Shown: positions 16,024-25,320 of the stretch, in pieces | Position numbering within the stretch: position 1 is the stretch's first letter | Layout of the letters: each line of letters opens with the position of its first letter | The notes under the pieces: model-generated | What the model saw: the letters and a program-made list of their open reading frames with translations, nothing else | Told to the model about the DNA's origin: nothing | Database searches by the model: none | Position numbers and translations under genes: made by a program | IMG/VR virus record: IMGVR_UViG_3300022602_000077 | Span: 7,161-71,160 of that record | Source: a virus | Lineage: Duplodnaviria; Caudoviricetes | Length of the DNA: 64,000 bases | Direction: 5' to 3' (one strand)

Positions 16024-17190
16024 TTATAAATCTTTAAAATCATCTGCTGCATTGGCGGCGCTGTTATATTCTGGCCGCTTGTCTGTGTATGGTACCAGAG
16101 TAGGTGTTCCCGGAGGCTTCACCACAAAAGGCCCTACCCATTCCTTGAACATTTCCTTACCGGTCAATTTTTCCAGTTCGGTGATACCAACAAGAGCACG
16201 GGGTTTGAATACCTGGTTATTATTATAGCCTTTATCAAGAAGTATTTGAGTAACAGCAGGCTCGTTGGTTATTTTCCGCACACTTCTACCCGCAACTAAT
16301 TTAAAACCAGGGAAATGCTCACCTTTATTTACAGCAACACTTAAAGCGTGTGCCTCTACAGCGGTAAGCCATTTGGTGAATTCATCTGATCGTTTAAGTA
16401 TCTCTGCTATCTCATTGTTACTCAATAGATCAACGTCTTTGAAATCATGTTTCGCCATTTCCATGTTGTAATCCGCATTGGCCCGGCAGGTGCCGCGTAT
16501 TTTGCAGAACCGGCAATGACTTCCTGCTTTGAATTCACCTTCACCATTCCAGGCCAGAAGCGCAGCAGGGCGCAGCACTTCTTCGGCCCAGGCTTTAAGT
16601 TCTTCTACGGTTATTGTATAGGTGGTAATACTATCAAGGCGGGGCTGGTAAATAGTTAGGCGCACCTCATTAATCTCATACAGCAAGTCGAATAAAATTA
16701 ATGAGCCGAGAGCATAAAGCATCATTTGGCTATTCTTCTCTGCGTAGACAGGTACGCCTTTACCATACTTAAAATCTATAATTTCAAGCACCTTATCGGC
16801 CACAATATCCACATCCACTGTACCAAAACTTTCCGGAACGTAATAACTCAGGTCAAGTGTTTCTTCCAGGTATAGCCTTGCATCAGGTGTGCGCTCCTGA
16901 GCCTCTGAGAATCTTTCCATTACGTAAGTCGCAAACTGGTCGGCGTGTTCCATCATTGCCGCGTCATAAAGATCATTGGCCTTGATTTCTTCCATCGCCT
17001 TATCAAATTCTGCGCCGGTGATGGTGCCCTTACCGCGTAGCAGAAGTGTTTCCACCAGCAGGTGCGCCAGTGTCCCTTCGTCAGCAGCTTCGCTGCTTGT
17101 CCGTGCATACTTTTCTTCGAGCCGCGCACTAGGCGGGCAGGCTATCCACCGGGAGGCCCCTGATGGCGATAGCAAAGCATGAGCGCCCAT
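16024..17190 (-). CDS. DUF2800 PD-(D/E)XK/Cas4-like exonuclease
   Basis: HALLSPSGASRWIACPPS, EGTLAH, FGTVD, IIDFKYGKG, HCRFCK..CRA. Confidence 0.92.
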   Translation of the reverse strand: MGAHALLSPSGASRWIACPPSARLEEKYARTSSEAADEGTLAHLLVETLLLRGKGTITGAEFDKAMEEIKANDLYDAAMMEHADQFATYVMERFSEAQERTPDARLYLEETLDLSYYVPESFGTVDVDIVADKVLEIIDFKYGKGVPVYAEKNSQMMLYALGSLILFDLLYEINEVRLTIYQPRLDSITTYTITVEELKAWAEEVLRPAALLAWNGEGEFKAGSHCRFCKIRGTCRANADYNMEMAKHDFKDVDLLSNNEIAEILKRSDEFTKWLTAVEAHALSVAVNKGEHFPGFKLVAGRSVRKITNEPAVTQILLDKGYNNNQVFKPRALVGITELEKLTGKEMFKEWVGPFVVKPPGTPTLVPYTDKRPEYNSAANAADDFKDL

Positions 17191-17627
17191 TATTTAATCA
17201 GATTAATCTTTTCGAGAAAAGCAGCGTAGTCTTCTTTCTTTACTCCCGATACAGTCTTAGCGCCAAAGATCGCAAGGGCCTCGGCTACTTCTTTTTGTTT
17301 ACCGGCTTTGATAAGCGGGTCAGTCTTTGCCCTCACTTCTTCCACAAGAATTGGTTTCTCTGTAGATTCAGCTTTCTTTTCTTCTTGCGCTGGCGCAAGG
17401 TCAGGAATTGGGTCTGCTTGTGGCTGAGGGTCTGCTTTTGGTTTCCTTGGCTGGCGTTCAGTCGCCTGCTTTGCCGCATGGGTTTCAGCCGGAGCCGGGT
17501 CAGGAAGCGTAGCAATGATCTGCTTAGGTGTGGGGAATTCAGTAAGTGCATCGGCTATGGAGCGGAGCGTTCTTGCTGTAATAATAGGGTTGTCCGTGGA
17601 CGTGTCCAGGAATAGATCAATTCTCAT
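17190..17627 (-). CDS. Hypothetical protein commonly found upstream of DUF2800
   Basis: Low-complexity linker followed by EVRA...GAKTVSGVKKEDYAAFL. Confidence 0.65.
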   Translation of the reverse strand: MRIDLFLDTSTDNPIITARTLRSIADALTEFPTPKQIIATLPDPAPAETHAAKQATERQPRKPKADPQPQADPIPDLAPAQEEKKAESTEKPILVEEVRAKTDPLIKAGKQKEVAEALAIFGAKTVSGVKKEDYAAFLEKINLIK

Positions 17628-17664
17628 TTTTGATAGGATTTAAAAGATATAAACAAAAAAAAAC

Positions 17665-18054
17665 TTAGTCGAAACTTGTCGACGAATCCGAACTGCTATC
17701 GGAACTAAAGTCGCTAGAATCCGAACTCGAATCCGGCGTATCCCAATCACCTCCTGCCCCTCCGCCATCTGTAGTACCACCCCCAAAACCGCTGAAACCT
17801 ATACTATCATCTACCCGGTCGGCATTCACCATATCAGCTATGAGTATGCCTGCTGTTATCGGGTCAAGATCATCGTCATAACCATTATCGCTCATCTGCC
17901 TGAAAGCATAGGGCTTGCGGCTTTGCATCGTGTGCAAATGGTCAGCGTGTTCCTGGTCAGCCACATGCACCACTCCCCGGCCATGGTCGGGATGGCTGAC
18001 CACAATTTTCTTACCGATCTTTTCTCGGAACCATTGTAACGTATTCATTATCAT
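17665..18054 (-). CDS. Hypothetical protein with Gly/Ser/Asp-rich C-terminus
   Basis: Ends FSGFGGGTTDGGGAGGDWDTPDSSSDSSDFSSDSSSDSSTSFD. Confidence 0.65.
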   Translation of the reverse strand: MIMNTLQWFREKIGKKIVVSHPDHGRGVVHVADQEHADHLHTMQSRKPYAFRQMSDNGYDDDLDPITAGILIADMVNADRVDDSIGFSGFGGGTTDGGGAGGDWDTPDSSSDSSDFSSDSSSDSSTSFD

Positions 18055-18375
18055 ATGCCCGGTTTACCATACCGGAAGGTTTAAAGAAGTGACAATTTGG
18101 AGGGTAAAAACGCCCCGCCCGCAGGCGGGGGCGTGTGTTTTCAGAAAAGAAACCTGATAGGGGTTTGTAGGGGCTGCTTTGTATTAAGCGATTTTGAAAG
18201 AATATATAGAGAAGTAATAGAAAAATGCAAAAAACACCAATCGAAATAGCCAGTAAAAGGGTATCATATCTCGGGTAGTTCCAGCTTTTAGCGAGGCTTT
18301 CCATCAATGACGGGGACGGCTTAGAGAAAAATCGTTTGATTTTTTTGCTTGGCAACATATAACGGAATTGATAGA

Positions 18376-18546
18376 TCAGGAAAAACGTTCATGAATTATG
18401 CGTTGTGCGCGTTGACGGGCTGCGAGAATTTTCGCGTCAGGCTTTTTTTCGGGTTTCTTTTGCGCTTCGATCTGTTTGCGGAAAAAACGGGCCAGCGCCA
18501 GAGCGTTAGCCTCCTGTGTTTCGAGTTCTGATAGTAGCTTAGACAT
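18376..18546 (-). CDS. Small basic hypothetical protein, 56 aa (not in ORF track)
   Basis: Manual translation MSKLLSELETQEANALALARFFRKQIEAQKKPEKKPDAKILAARQRAQRIIHERFS; follows cro. Confidence 0.55.
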   Translation of the reverse strand: MSKLLSELETQEANALALARFFRKQIEAQKKPEKKPDAKILAARQRAQRIIHERFS

Positions 18547-18565
18547 GATAGGTTTATTGAGACGT

Positions 18566-18781
18566 TTATTCGGATAGAACTGCTTTGATCTTGTTTATGT
18601 TTTCCGGCGAACCTCTGCCGGTACTCAGGATATTGGTAAGTGTTTGTCGGCTTATCCCCAAATGCAAACCTGCTTCCGTCTTCGTGAGATGCCCACGTAC
18701 AAACGTTCGTAATCGTCGCTTTAACGAGTTATTAATTTTAGAACTTTTGAATTTCGGAGGGTTTAATATAACTTGCGCCAT
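18566..18781 (-). CDS. Cro-like HTH protein
   Basis: TKTEAGLHLGISRQTLTNIL; divergent from the repressor-like gene. Confidence 0.75.
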   Translation of the reverse strand: MAQVILNPPKFKSSKINNSLKRRLRTFVRGHLTKTEAGLHLGISRQTLTNILSTGRGSPENINKIKAVLSE

Positions 18782-18925
18782 GTTTGCGGGTTGTTTGCGT
18801 TTTGCTTGCGCGTTGCTTACGTTTTGTTAGCATAACGTTTGCAGCGGGGGAACAAAGATTGTTCAAAAATTCAGAACTTTTAAACACATTTTTCGCTTTT
18901 ATAGTTTCTTTAACTTATCTACAAT

Positions 18926-19402
18926 ATGTCTGATACAACAGTGCTTGCCACCATCTTTTCCAAACTCAAAGAGGAAGAAGCTTTAATCGGCAAAGGGAAA
19001 GAAATTCCTGCCGAACTTGAAAACATGCCCATCAAAACGCAGTCCGATTTCGCCCTCGCCCTCGACATCAGCAGAGGGTATATGAGTATGCTGCTTAAAT
19101 CGGCAGAGGCGTTACCTGCCAAAGTCAGAGATACCATACATGAAAAATATGGTTTCAATCTTGTTTGGCTTTTGTCAAACGGGCATGAAGGGGATATGCG
19201 TAGCCGGGGTTCCGGCGCATCAGCGCATAGCCAGAAAGATATACCTTTCATAGGAAAAGAATATACCCCTGAACAAACCATCACCGCTCTTTGTAAGGCG
19301 CTAAAAGCTGCTGCCGCAAGAGAAGAAAAACTGCTTGCCGAACTGGCGAAGTCAACCGATATGAATACTGATTTAATGACATTGCTCAAACAAAGAAAAT
19401 GA
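18926..19402 (+). CDS. CI-like HTH repressor
   Basis: QSDFALALDISRGYMSMLL...YGFNLVWLL..G.GDM; divergent from cro and upstream of the integrase. Confidence 0.75.
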   Translation: MSDTTVLATIFSKLKEEEALIGKGKEIPAELENMPIKTQSDFALALDISRGYMSMLLKSAEALPAKVRDTIHEKYGFNLVWLLSNGHEGDMRSRGSGASAHSQKDIPFIGKEYTPEQTITALCKALKAAAAREEKLLAELAKSTDMNTDLMTLLKQRK

Positions 19403-19451
19403 AGATTGCCTGAAAAGGCAGAAGGATAAACTAAACAAAAAATATACAGCA

Positions 19452-19697
19452 ATGGGCTTTGCCAAAATCTTTGAATTACCCGAAGGAGATCAGTTATTAA
19501 TCACAAAGGAAAACGACCCTGACAGGAATGTAAAATGGGCTCAGTTATGGTTCCGTTTCCGGCGGGAAAAAGAGGGTGTGATTATACCCATGCACCTGGC
19601 CTTTGACGACCCCTTAGTGCGCGATCATGTTTTTGATAATCTGAGCCTTGAAGAAGCACTGGAATTCTACAAGAATTTACCTACTAAAAAACACTGA
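19452..19697 (+). CDS. Hypothetical protein (lysogeny operon)
   Basis: 81-aa ORF downstream of the repressor. Confidence 0.65.
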   Translation: MGFAKIFELPEGDQLLITKENDPDRNVKWAQLWFRFRREKEGVIIPMHLAFDDPLVRDHVFDNLSLEEALEFYKNLPTKKH

Positions 19698-19739
19698 AAA
19701 ACCAACTTTTTAAAGCCTCGATCAGATATTTTTCCAGAC

Positions 19740-20050
19740 CTTGAAAAAGTAAAAACCTTGCCCGATAAACGATACAGCCGCACATTCTGATACGAAAAAG
19801 AGTATTAAAAAACGTACCAAACCCACCAAAATCGCCATCTTATTAAATAATAAATAATAAATAAAAATTCCCTGAACCCCGCTACAGTAAAGGCTTTCAG
19901 GTCAATTTGAAAAAATAAAACTGATACAACAACAGGGTACATTTGCCTATTACTCTAAAATAAATATACGCCTGAAAGGTACAACCAGTGCGGTTCTTAC
20001 ATATCTTTGTTTCGTTCTCACTTAAAAAACGTACCAAAAAACGTAACAAG
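19740..20050. other. Putative attP region
   Basis: Non-coding AT-rich interval directly upstream of int, with direct repeats AAAAACGTACCAAA (about 19808 and 20025), AAAACGTAACAA, CTGATAC twice, and a CCTGAA...TTCAGG inverted repeat. Confidence 0.5.
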
Positions 20051-20053
20051 ATT

Positions 20054-21331
20054 ATGGCAAATCAAATCTCCCTCCCCAACAAATGCCGGGCTACACAGCC
20101 GGTAGTATTCCCCTCAGACTGGCGCGATTCAAAGCGCAAACCTCATGAATTGCTGGCTTTGGAATGGCGCATTTCTTACCGCTTTTATGACGATAACAGA
20201 GGTGAAAGTAAACAGGTTCATTTTCGTAAACTGAACATCGTTCAGACCCTCAAAGAAAGGCGCGAAATGGTAGAGTTAATTTACCCTTCTCTCGTCAAAG
20301 ATTTAGAAGCCGGTTTTAACCCCTTCGATGGTAAAAAGAAAGCTGCAAAGGAGGTTAAGAAAACACCTTCACCTACCCATCAGACAATAGGCCCGCGCAT
20401 GGGTTTTATGGCTGCAATAAAGTATGCTTTTGGCCGCGAAACAGATAGTCGCGGAGGTGTAGGTAATGAAGACCCTTCACACAAATTTTTCGTGCCTGTT
20501 CTCGAAAGGATAGCCATTAAACTCGGCATGGCTGACGCACCCATTTGCGACATCGGAAGAAAGGAAATAAAACAATTACTTGAACTGTGCGCCGTTAAGC
20601 GGGAGGGTGATTATTCAAACACCAAGTTCAATAAGTTCCGTGCCATGCTAATGAAGTATTATAGTGAACTCATCGAGTTTGAAATATGCGAAGCCAATTT
20701 CCCGCAAAGCATTAAAAAGAAGAAAGCTGATTTGAAGAAAATACGTCAGGTTATAACCGATGAGGAAGTTAGCGCAGTGCTTGCTTATCTCGAAAAAAGA
20801 AGGCCCGCTTTTGGTTTATACATGCATTGCTTTTACCACAGCGGGGCACGTACAGCCGAAATGCTGACCCTGAAAAAAACCATGGTCGATCTTACTAACC
20901 AGCGTATCAAATTCCTCATTAAGAAAGGCCGCAGATACACAGAGGTCTTCCGCCCTATACCCGATATAGCAGTGCCTTTTTGGGTCGAGGCCATGAAGAA
21001 CGCAAAAGACGATGATTTTATTTTCGGCATCGGATTTGTACCAGGGCCTAAGATGATGAACCGGCATCTGGTAACCCATTGGTGGAATAACTGCATCAAG
21101 CACGGAGAAGACGAAAACGGCAAGTTGCTTTTCCCAGGCATAGCCGATTTTTATACTCTTAAGCACAAAAAGGTTTCCGATTTGCGCGATGAGTTAAGAG
21201 ATAATGACCTGGTAAGTGTGCAATTTGCGGAGCGTACAGGTACGCTTTCTAAGCACTACGATCTTCGCGAAAGAATCGACCCGCGCCTCAAAACAGCAGG
21301 TAAGCCGTTGGGCGTTAAAACAAACCCCTAA
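20054..21331 (+). CDS. int: Tyrosine recombinase/integrase (Bacteroidota phage type)
   Basis: YHSGARTAEM (catalytic R), IKKGR, FYTLKH (box variant), SKHY (catalytic Y); ATG 20054 preferred over the track GTG. Confidence 0.85.
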   Translation: MANQISLPNKCRATQPVVFPSDWRDSKRKPHELLALEWRISYRFYDDNRGESKQVHFRKLNIVQTLKERREMVELIYPSLVKDLEAGFNPFDGKKKAAKEVKKTPSPTHQTIGPRMGFMAAIKYAFGRETDSRGGVGNEDPSHKFFVPVLERIAIKLGMADAPICDIGRKEIKQLLELCAVKREGDYSNTKFNKFRAMLMKYYSELIEFEICEANFPQSIKKKKADLKKIRQVITDEEVSAVLAYLEKRRPAFGLYMHCFYHSGARTAEMLTLKKTMVDLTNQRIKFLIKKGRRYTEVFRPIPDIAVPFWVEAMKNAKDDDFIFGIGFVPGPKMMNRHLVTHWWNNCIKHGEDENGKLLFPGIADFYTLKHKKVSDLRDELRDNDLVSVQFAERTGTLSKHYDLRERIDPRLKTAGKPLGVKTNP

Positions 21332-21627
21332 ATATAATTTTCCACCTCTGACCTCGGGAAGTCCAGAACTGCCCCGTAGGTCAGAGGCAGGAAAACAGGG
21401 TCATTTCTTAGCTGGCCGAGAATAATATTTTGCTCGTCTTCAAACCCCACAATCTCAAACCAGAGGTGTTCCGACCGGTCTTCTCCTTCTACCCCTACCT
21501 CAATCTGAACGTGTTTGCCCTTTTCAAGTATAGTGTAGGCGTTATTTTTCTGCCAGATAGCTTTCCTCGCCTCTGCGCATTCAGCGCAAATACAGCCGGT
21601 ATTTTCTTTAGTGTTTTTCATTTTCAA
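21328..21627 (-). CDS. DUF2314 (YegJ-like) domain protein
   Basis: EHLWFEIV...GQLRNDPV..LTYG..LDFPRSEV. Confidence 0.65.
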   Translation of the reverse strand: MKMKNTKENTGCICAECAEARKAIWQKNNAYTILEKGKHVQIEVGVEGEDRSEHLWFEIVGFEDEQNIILGQLRNDPVFLPLTYGAVLDFPRSEVENYI

Positions 21628-21916
21628 ACCTGTGTAAACTATCCATTAATACGCTGATGTTATCATAACAGGGCCACAACTTATTCGCCTTGATGCATTC
21701 TAGCTCTTTCCCAATGATTTTATTTTGAAGAAGACTTTGCTCCATCAAAGTGATCTGTTTCGTTTGGAGATCGTAAAATCTGGTATGCAGTTCAGTATAT
21801 CTGGCCTCAAACTCATCAAGACTTCTGCTGTATGTTCTAAGGTCATAGAAACTTTTTAAGCCCATAAGAAGGACAAGGAAAGGGCTAATCATCAAATAGC
21901 TAAGTTTAATTTTCAT
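21608..21916 (-). CDS. Single-pass membrane coiled-coil protein
   Basis: N-terminal hydrophobic helix followed by a heptad-like region. Confidence 0.55.
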   Translation of the reverse strand: MKIKLSYLMISPFLVLLMGLKSFYDLRTYSRSLDEFEARYTELHTRFYDLQTKQITLMEQSLLQNKIIGKELECIKANKLWPCYDNISVLMDSLHRFENEKH

Positions 21917-21917
21917 A

Positions 21918-22493
21918 TCAATTCTGGTTTGGTACTTTTCTGAATAATGTGGTGAATCGCCCTTCTAATGTGCCATCATCAGGTATTATACTATTATCCT
22001 GTATCACTCTAATGTCCTTAATCGCTTCTCCATCATTGTTGTAAGTGCTTCCGGCTTTTCTTAAATAAACATGCTTTACCGTGAACTCAGTTTCATAACT
22101 GATCATTATGCATTCTACCTTCTTGGTCGTCTTTTTCATCTGTTCATACTCGGCATGGGTTAGCTTTTTACCGTGTTCCATAGGCGTACCTTTCTTATCC
22201 ACACCCCATAACCAGGCTTCCGTAACAAAGGCAGTGCAAATTATTTTCCTGCCAGCCGCATAGATAAACTTAACCAGATTGGGCACTACATAATCACAGA
22301 AATGATTTTTGGTAGCATCATTCTTCATTACTTCCTTGGGTATAGGGATTTCCATGGTTCGGGGCAAGCCGTCCCAATAAAGTATAGAGAGGAATGGAGT
22401 TAAGCCCTGATATTTTACAGCGCGTTTCTTAGCAGTTTCAAGTATCCTGTATTTAAAAACATCTATCTGAGGTTGAAATTCATGTTCTATCAT
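21918..22493 (-). CDS. Hypothetical protein
   Basis: 191-aa ORF in a tightly packed minus-strand cluster. Confidence 0.7.
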   Translation of the reverse strand: MIEHEFQPQIDVFKYRILETAKKRAVKYQGLTPFLSILYWDGLPRTMEIPIPKEVMKNDATKNHFCDYVVPNLVKFIYAAGRKIICTAFVTEAWLWGVDKKGTPMEHGKKLTHAEYEQMKKTTKKVECIMISYETEFTVKHVYLRKAGSTYNNDGEAIKDIRVIQDNSIIPDDGTLEGRFTTLFRKVPNQN

Positions 22494-22897
22494 CGTATTT
22501 TCTTTTTAATTTCTTCGGGTAATTTGCTGATCACAGCATCACGTAACTCGTTGAACATCGGACTGCTACAGCCGGAACCGAAAGCGGGATGATACATCCA
22601 GAAAGGGTCTATCTCCTTTATGTGATCGTAGGTGCCGCACCCGCGTTGCCCGATCTCATTAGCAGGCAGCAAGTGAGCGCAGGCGCTATGGTCTTCATTC
22701 CAGTGCCCGTGCCCGCAGGGCGTTTTAATACAGCAGAAGCCGCTTCCTACACAGGGCCGGATATAAATACCATCAAGTTCCCGGTATTCTGTCACAATAT
22801 CACTAATGGTAATGCTCATTTGATTTTGTATAGCATTTTTATTGATAAAGACATAGCGAAAACCTGAAAAGCTATAGCCCAATATATTAAAGCCCAT
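22490..22897 (-). CDS. Cys-cluster (Zn or Fe-S binding) hypothetical protein
   Basis: CVGSGFCCIKTPC...CAHL...CGTY...CSS. Confidence 0.6.
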   Translation of the reverse strand: MGFNILGYSFSGFRYVFINKNAIQNQMSITISDIVTEYRELDGIYIRPCVGSGFCCIKTPCGHGHWNEDHSACAHLLPANEIGQRGCGTYDHIKEIDPFWMYHPAFGSGCSSPMFNELRDAVISKLPEEIKKKIR

Positions 22898-22969
22898 ATC
22901 GCTACAAAAAGGGTAAAAACGTTCAGGATTAAAGCTACGTACCCTAGTGTTCTGGTTGGTATCATAAGA

Positions 22970-23263
22970 TCAATTTTTATTACCTGCTTTTACCACCAAA
23001 ACAGCCTGAACAAACACATCAAGTTTTCTCCTTGCGCTTTTCGGCAAACTTCTTAATTCTTCTCTGCTCGGTATCACGTAAGAACTTTTGTTACCTTCTT
23101 TTATTAATCTCAATCGTCCGGCGCATTTAATGCATACGCAATAGTTAATAGCCTCCTTACCATCCCCTGGTTCTTTACCTTCAAAGCAAGTTACATTGTC
23201 GGCCAGATGATAGCAGATAGGGCAAATCAGTCCAGGAAAAACCACAGTTTTATCTTTCTTCAT
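22970..23263 (-). CDS. Zinc-ribbon hypothetical protein
   Basis: CPIC...CIKC. Confidence 0.6.
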   Translation of the reverse strand: MKKDKTVVFPGLICPICYHLADNVTCFEGKEPGDGKEAINYCVCIKCAGRLRLIKEGNKSSYVIPSREELRSLPKSARRKLDVFVQAVLVVKAGNKN

Positions 23264-23904
23264 TTTTCAAAAATATAAATCACATTATTTTCTTTGTGTG
23301 GGTTTCTACTCAGTAACCATGGGGCATAAATTTTCTCCCGTAGATGGGTTTTCAAAAGTGGTTTTTCCAAATGTAACGGTTCGTTCCCGACATGGATATA
23401 TTTCTTCACTCCGTTCTTGAAAAATAAAGCTTCTTCCATTCCGGCAATGTCTGAGATATTTAACCCCCCAGGCTTTTTGTTGGTTATCCAGCATCCTATT
23501 ACCGTATGCGGCTTGTATAGTTTAATAGCCCTGAGCCCGTCATTCTGCCGCACATCGGGGCCATATTTCACAATAGGCTGCCCAATATTTCCATAATATT
23601 GCTTCATACTTTCCTGCTCTTGCAAATGGCTGTCCACCATATTTATATTAAGCGCCCGGCCTATACACCCGTTACCGGCCCCCACTTCAAGAGCGGGCTT
23701 ACCGTCTATTTCTTTCTTTAAGAATTGAATCAGTTCAACCGTAGGTATCTGGTATACCCCGTTTTCATGGCAGAACTGGCAGAGCATTTCTGTCGGAAAC
23801 TGATTAAGAATATCAAAATGAACAGGTGTGATTAATCCTTTTTCTGTGATGAGTAACTCATTCAATTCAGAAATATCTTGCGTTTCTAAGTAATACCCTT
23901 GCAT
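23260..23904 (-). CDS. SAM-dependent methyltransferase-like protein
   Basis: ALEVGAGNGCIG (class I motif I), preceded by GVYQIPTVELIQFL. Confidence 0.65.
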   Translation of the reverse strand: MQGYYLETQDISELNELLITEKGLITPVHFDILNQFPTEMLCQFCHENGVYQIPTVELIQFLKKEIDGKPALEVGAGNGCIGRALNINMVDSHLQEQESMKQYYGNIGQPIVKYGPDVRQNDGLRAIKLYKPHTVIGCWITNKKPGGLNISDIAGMEEALFFKNGVKKYIHVGNEPLHLEKPLLKTHLREKIYAPWLLSRNPHKENNVIYIFEK

Positions 23905-23946
23905 GAATACAAAAGTATTTGTAAATTTGGAACAAACAAACTTTTC

Positions 23947-24108
23947 ATGGAAAAATCAAAATTCGTCCTTCGCTGTGCCAGTATGCTTCTTCAATTTCTT
24001 TCTATCGCATTGTTTATGACGGGAAATGCTGCTTTACAAAAGGATGCTATGTTTTTAATTCTTGTAGCAATTGCGAACTACGCATGGCTTAATCAAATAA
24101 ACAAATAA
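23947..24108 (+). CDS. Small two-helix membrane protein
   Basis: MEKSKFVLRCASMLLQFLSIALFMTG..AMFLILVAIANYAWL; a TAAATTTG -7 element lies upstream. Confidence 0.55.
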   Translation: MEKSKFVLRCASMLLQFLSIALFMTGNAALQKDAMFLILVAIANYAWLNQINK

Positions 24109-24110
24109 AC

Positions 24111-24380
24111 ATGTCAAGATACATAATGCGAGAAGTTTCCGGAAGGTATATGATAGCTTACGGCTTTGATGCCGGTGTTCCCGGCATGGGTTATTTTTTC
24201 CAGGTCTACGACACACAAGCGGGAGGCGATCAGGATGAAGGTTTAATCGTAAATGAGGGCTTTTTTGATGGCCTTCGGTGGGATGATATGTTTACGCTTA
24301 TGGCAGGCATCAGGGTTTTCTATGGCGTTCAATACACCGAAAAATTCATCGAGCATTTGAAATTAATCATGGATAAATAA
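24111..24380 (+). CDS. Hypothetical protein
   Basis: 89-aa ORF starting 2 nt after the previous stop. Confidence 0.65.
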   Translation: MSRYIMREVSGRYMIAYGFDAGVPGMGYFFQVYDTQAGGDQDEGLIVNEGFFDGLRWDDMFTLMAGIRVFYGVQYTEKFIEHLKLIMDK

Positions 24381-24391
24381 CCAATATAAAC

Positions 24392-24622
24392 ATGGAAAAA
24401 CGAGCAATAATTTGCCCCGAGTTTCGGCTACCCAAATAAGAAGAAGAACTTATAAAAGCTAAGTTCAAATATAAAATCGTCAGCAAGCACAACACAGTTT
24501 GTGCCATAAGTGTAGACATGGAAGGTCACAGGGACGAGGAATTATACGCTGTTATGGAAACCATTCGGGCCTTTTATAATGATGAACGATTTCTTAAAAT
24601 CATAAAGCCACTGGCCAATTGA
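24392..24622 (+). pseudogene. Small gene interrupted by in-frame TAA at 24437-24439
   Basis: MEKRAIICPEFRLPK*EEELIKAKFKYKIVSKHNTVCAISVDMEGHRDEELYAVMETIRAFYNDERFLKIIKPLAN*; the final TGA overlaps the next TTG start. Confidence 0.5.
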
Positions 24623-25197
24623 GAAACTGGAAAGAAATACCAATCCCCGAAAATATGCGATACCTCGAAACCGACCCCATAAGGGGTATGCCGGTGCCTT
24701 ACGTGGTTTTTAAAGATAAAAAAGGCGTAGTCCATTACAAAATAAATGATCATACCAAACAGGCGCTCTGCCATAAACATGGTTGGTGTGGCATCTGTGG
24801 CAGAGTTTTGAAAAATGATACCTGGTTACTCGGTGGCCCTGCCAGTGCATTCGACCCTCGCGGGGCTTTCGTTGACTCGCCCATGCACAAGACCTGCGCC
24901 TTATACGCGCTACAGGTATGTCCCTATCTTATATCATCTGATTTTGTTTTGAAGCCAATAGAAGAAATCGCTTCCAAAGTGAAAGACGAAGATATACGTG
25001 CTTATGTCGGATACAATCAATCCGATGCCCGGGTTCCCTTTTTTGCCTTTGTGAAGATCAGAGGCTATACAATAAACAGTTATGCACAACACCAATATAT
25101 CAAACCGTATAAACCCTATCTCGAAACCGAATTCTGGCTTGATGGTCAGCAAATTTCAAAAGAAACAGCGCAGGCGCTAACTACTTACGCACTTTAA
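24619..25197 (+). CDS. Conserved phage hypothetical protein (zinc-binding)
   Basis: RGMPVPY, CGICG, FVDSPMHKTCALYALQVCPYL. Confidence 0.75.
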   Translation: MRNWKEIPIPENMRYLETDPIRGMPVPYVVFKDKKGVVHYKINDHTKQALCHKHGWCGICGRVLKNDTWLLGGPASAFDPRGAFVDSPMHKTCALYALQVCPYLISSDFVLKPIEEIASKVKDEDIRAYVGYNQSDARVPFFAFVKIRGYTINSYAQHQYIKPYKPYLETEFWLDGQQISKETAQALTTYAL

Positions 25198-25293
25198 TAA
25201 TACATTTGTATTGCCTTTTACGTTTTAAGTGAGACTTTAACTGAGGCGATTCATTTACATTTTGTTTGGCAAAACGTTGTAATTGGAAACAGG

Positions 25294-25320
25294 AAAGCCC
25301 CCAGGAATGGGGGCTTTTTC
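25294..25320. terminator. Bidirectional intrinsic terminator
   Basis: AAAGCCCCCA-ggaa-TGGGGGCTTTTT between convergent operons. Confidence 0.8.

Noticed and set aside
5116-16659. Numerous plus-strand ORFs opposite the replication genes
   Set aside because: Shadow ORFs antisense to strongly conserved helicase, primase, polymerase and nuclease genes, with no motifs.
16024-17190. Cas4-like nuclease as part of a CRISPR system
   Set aside because: It is DUF2800 in its usual DUF2800-DUF2815-PolA replication context; no array or other cas genes.
21345-21387. 10-bp inverted repeat near the int stop
   Set aside because: Lies within the DUF2314-like coding sequence; could be a convergent terminator but lacks a clear U-tract, so it was not called.
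24437-24439. Stop-codon reassignment
   Set aside because: Only one such interruption; TAA, TAG and TGA all terminate well-conserved genes elsewhere.
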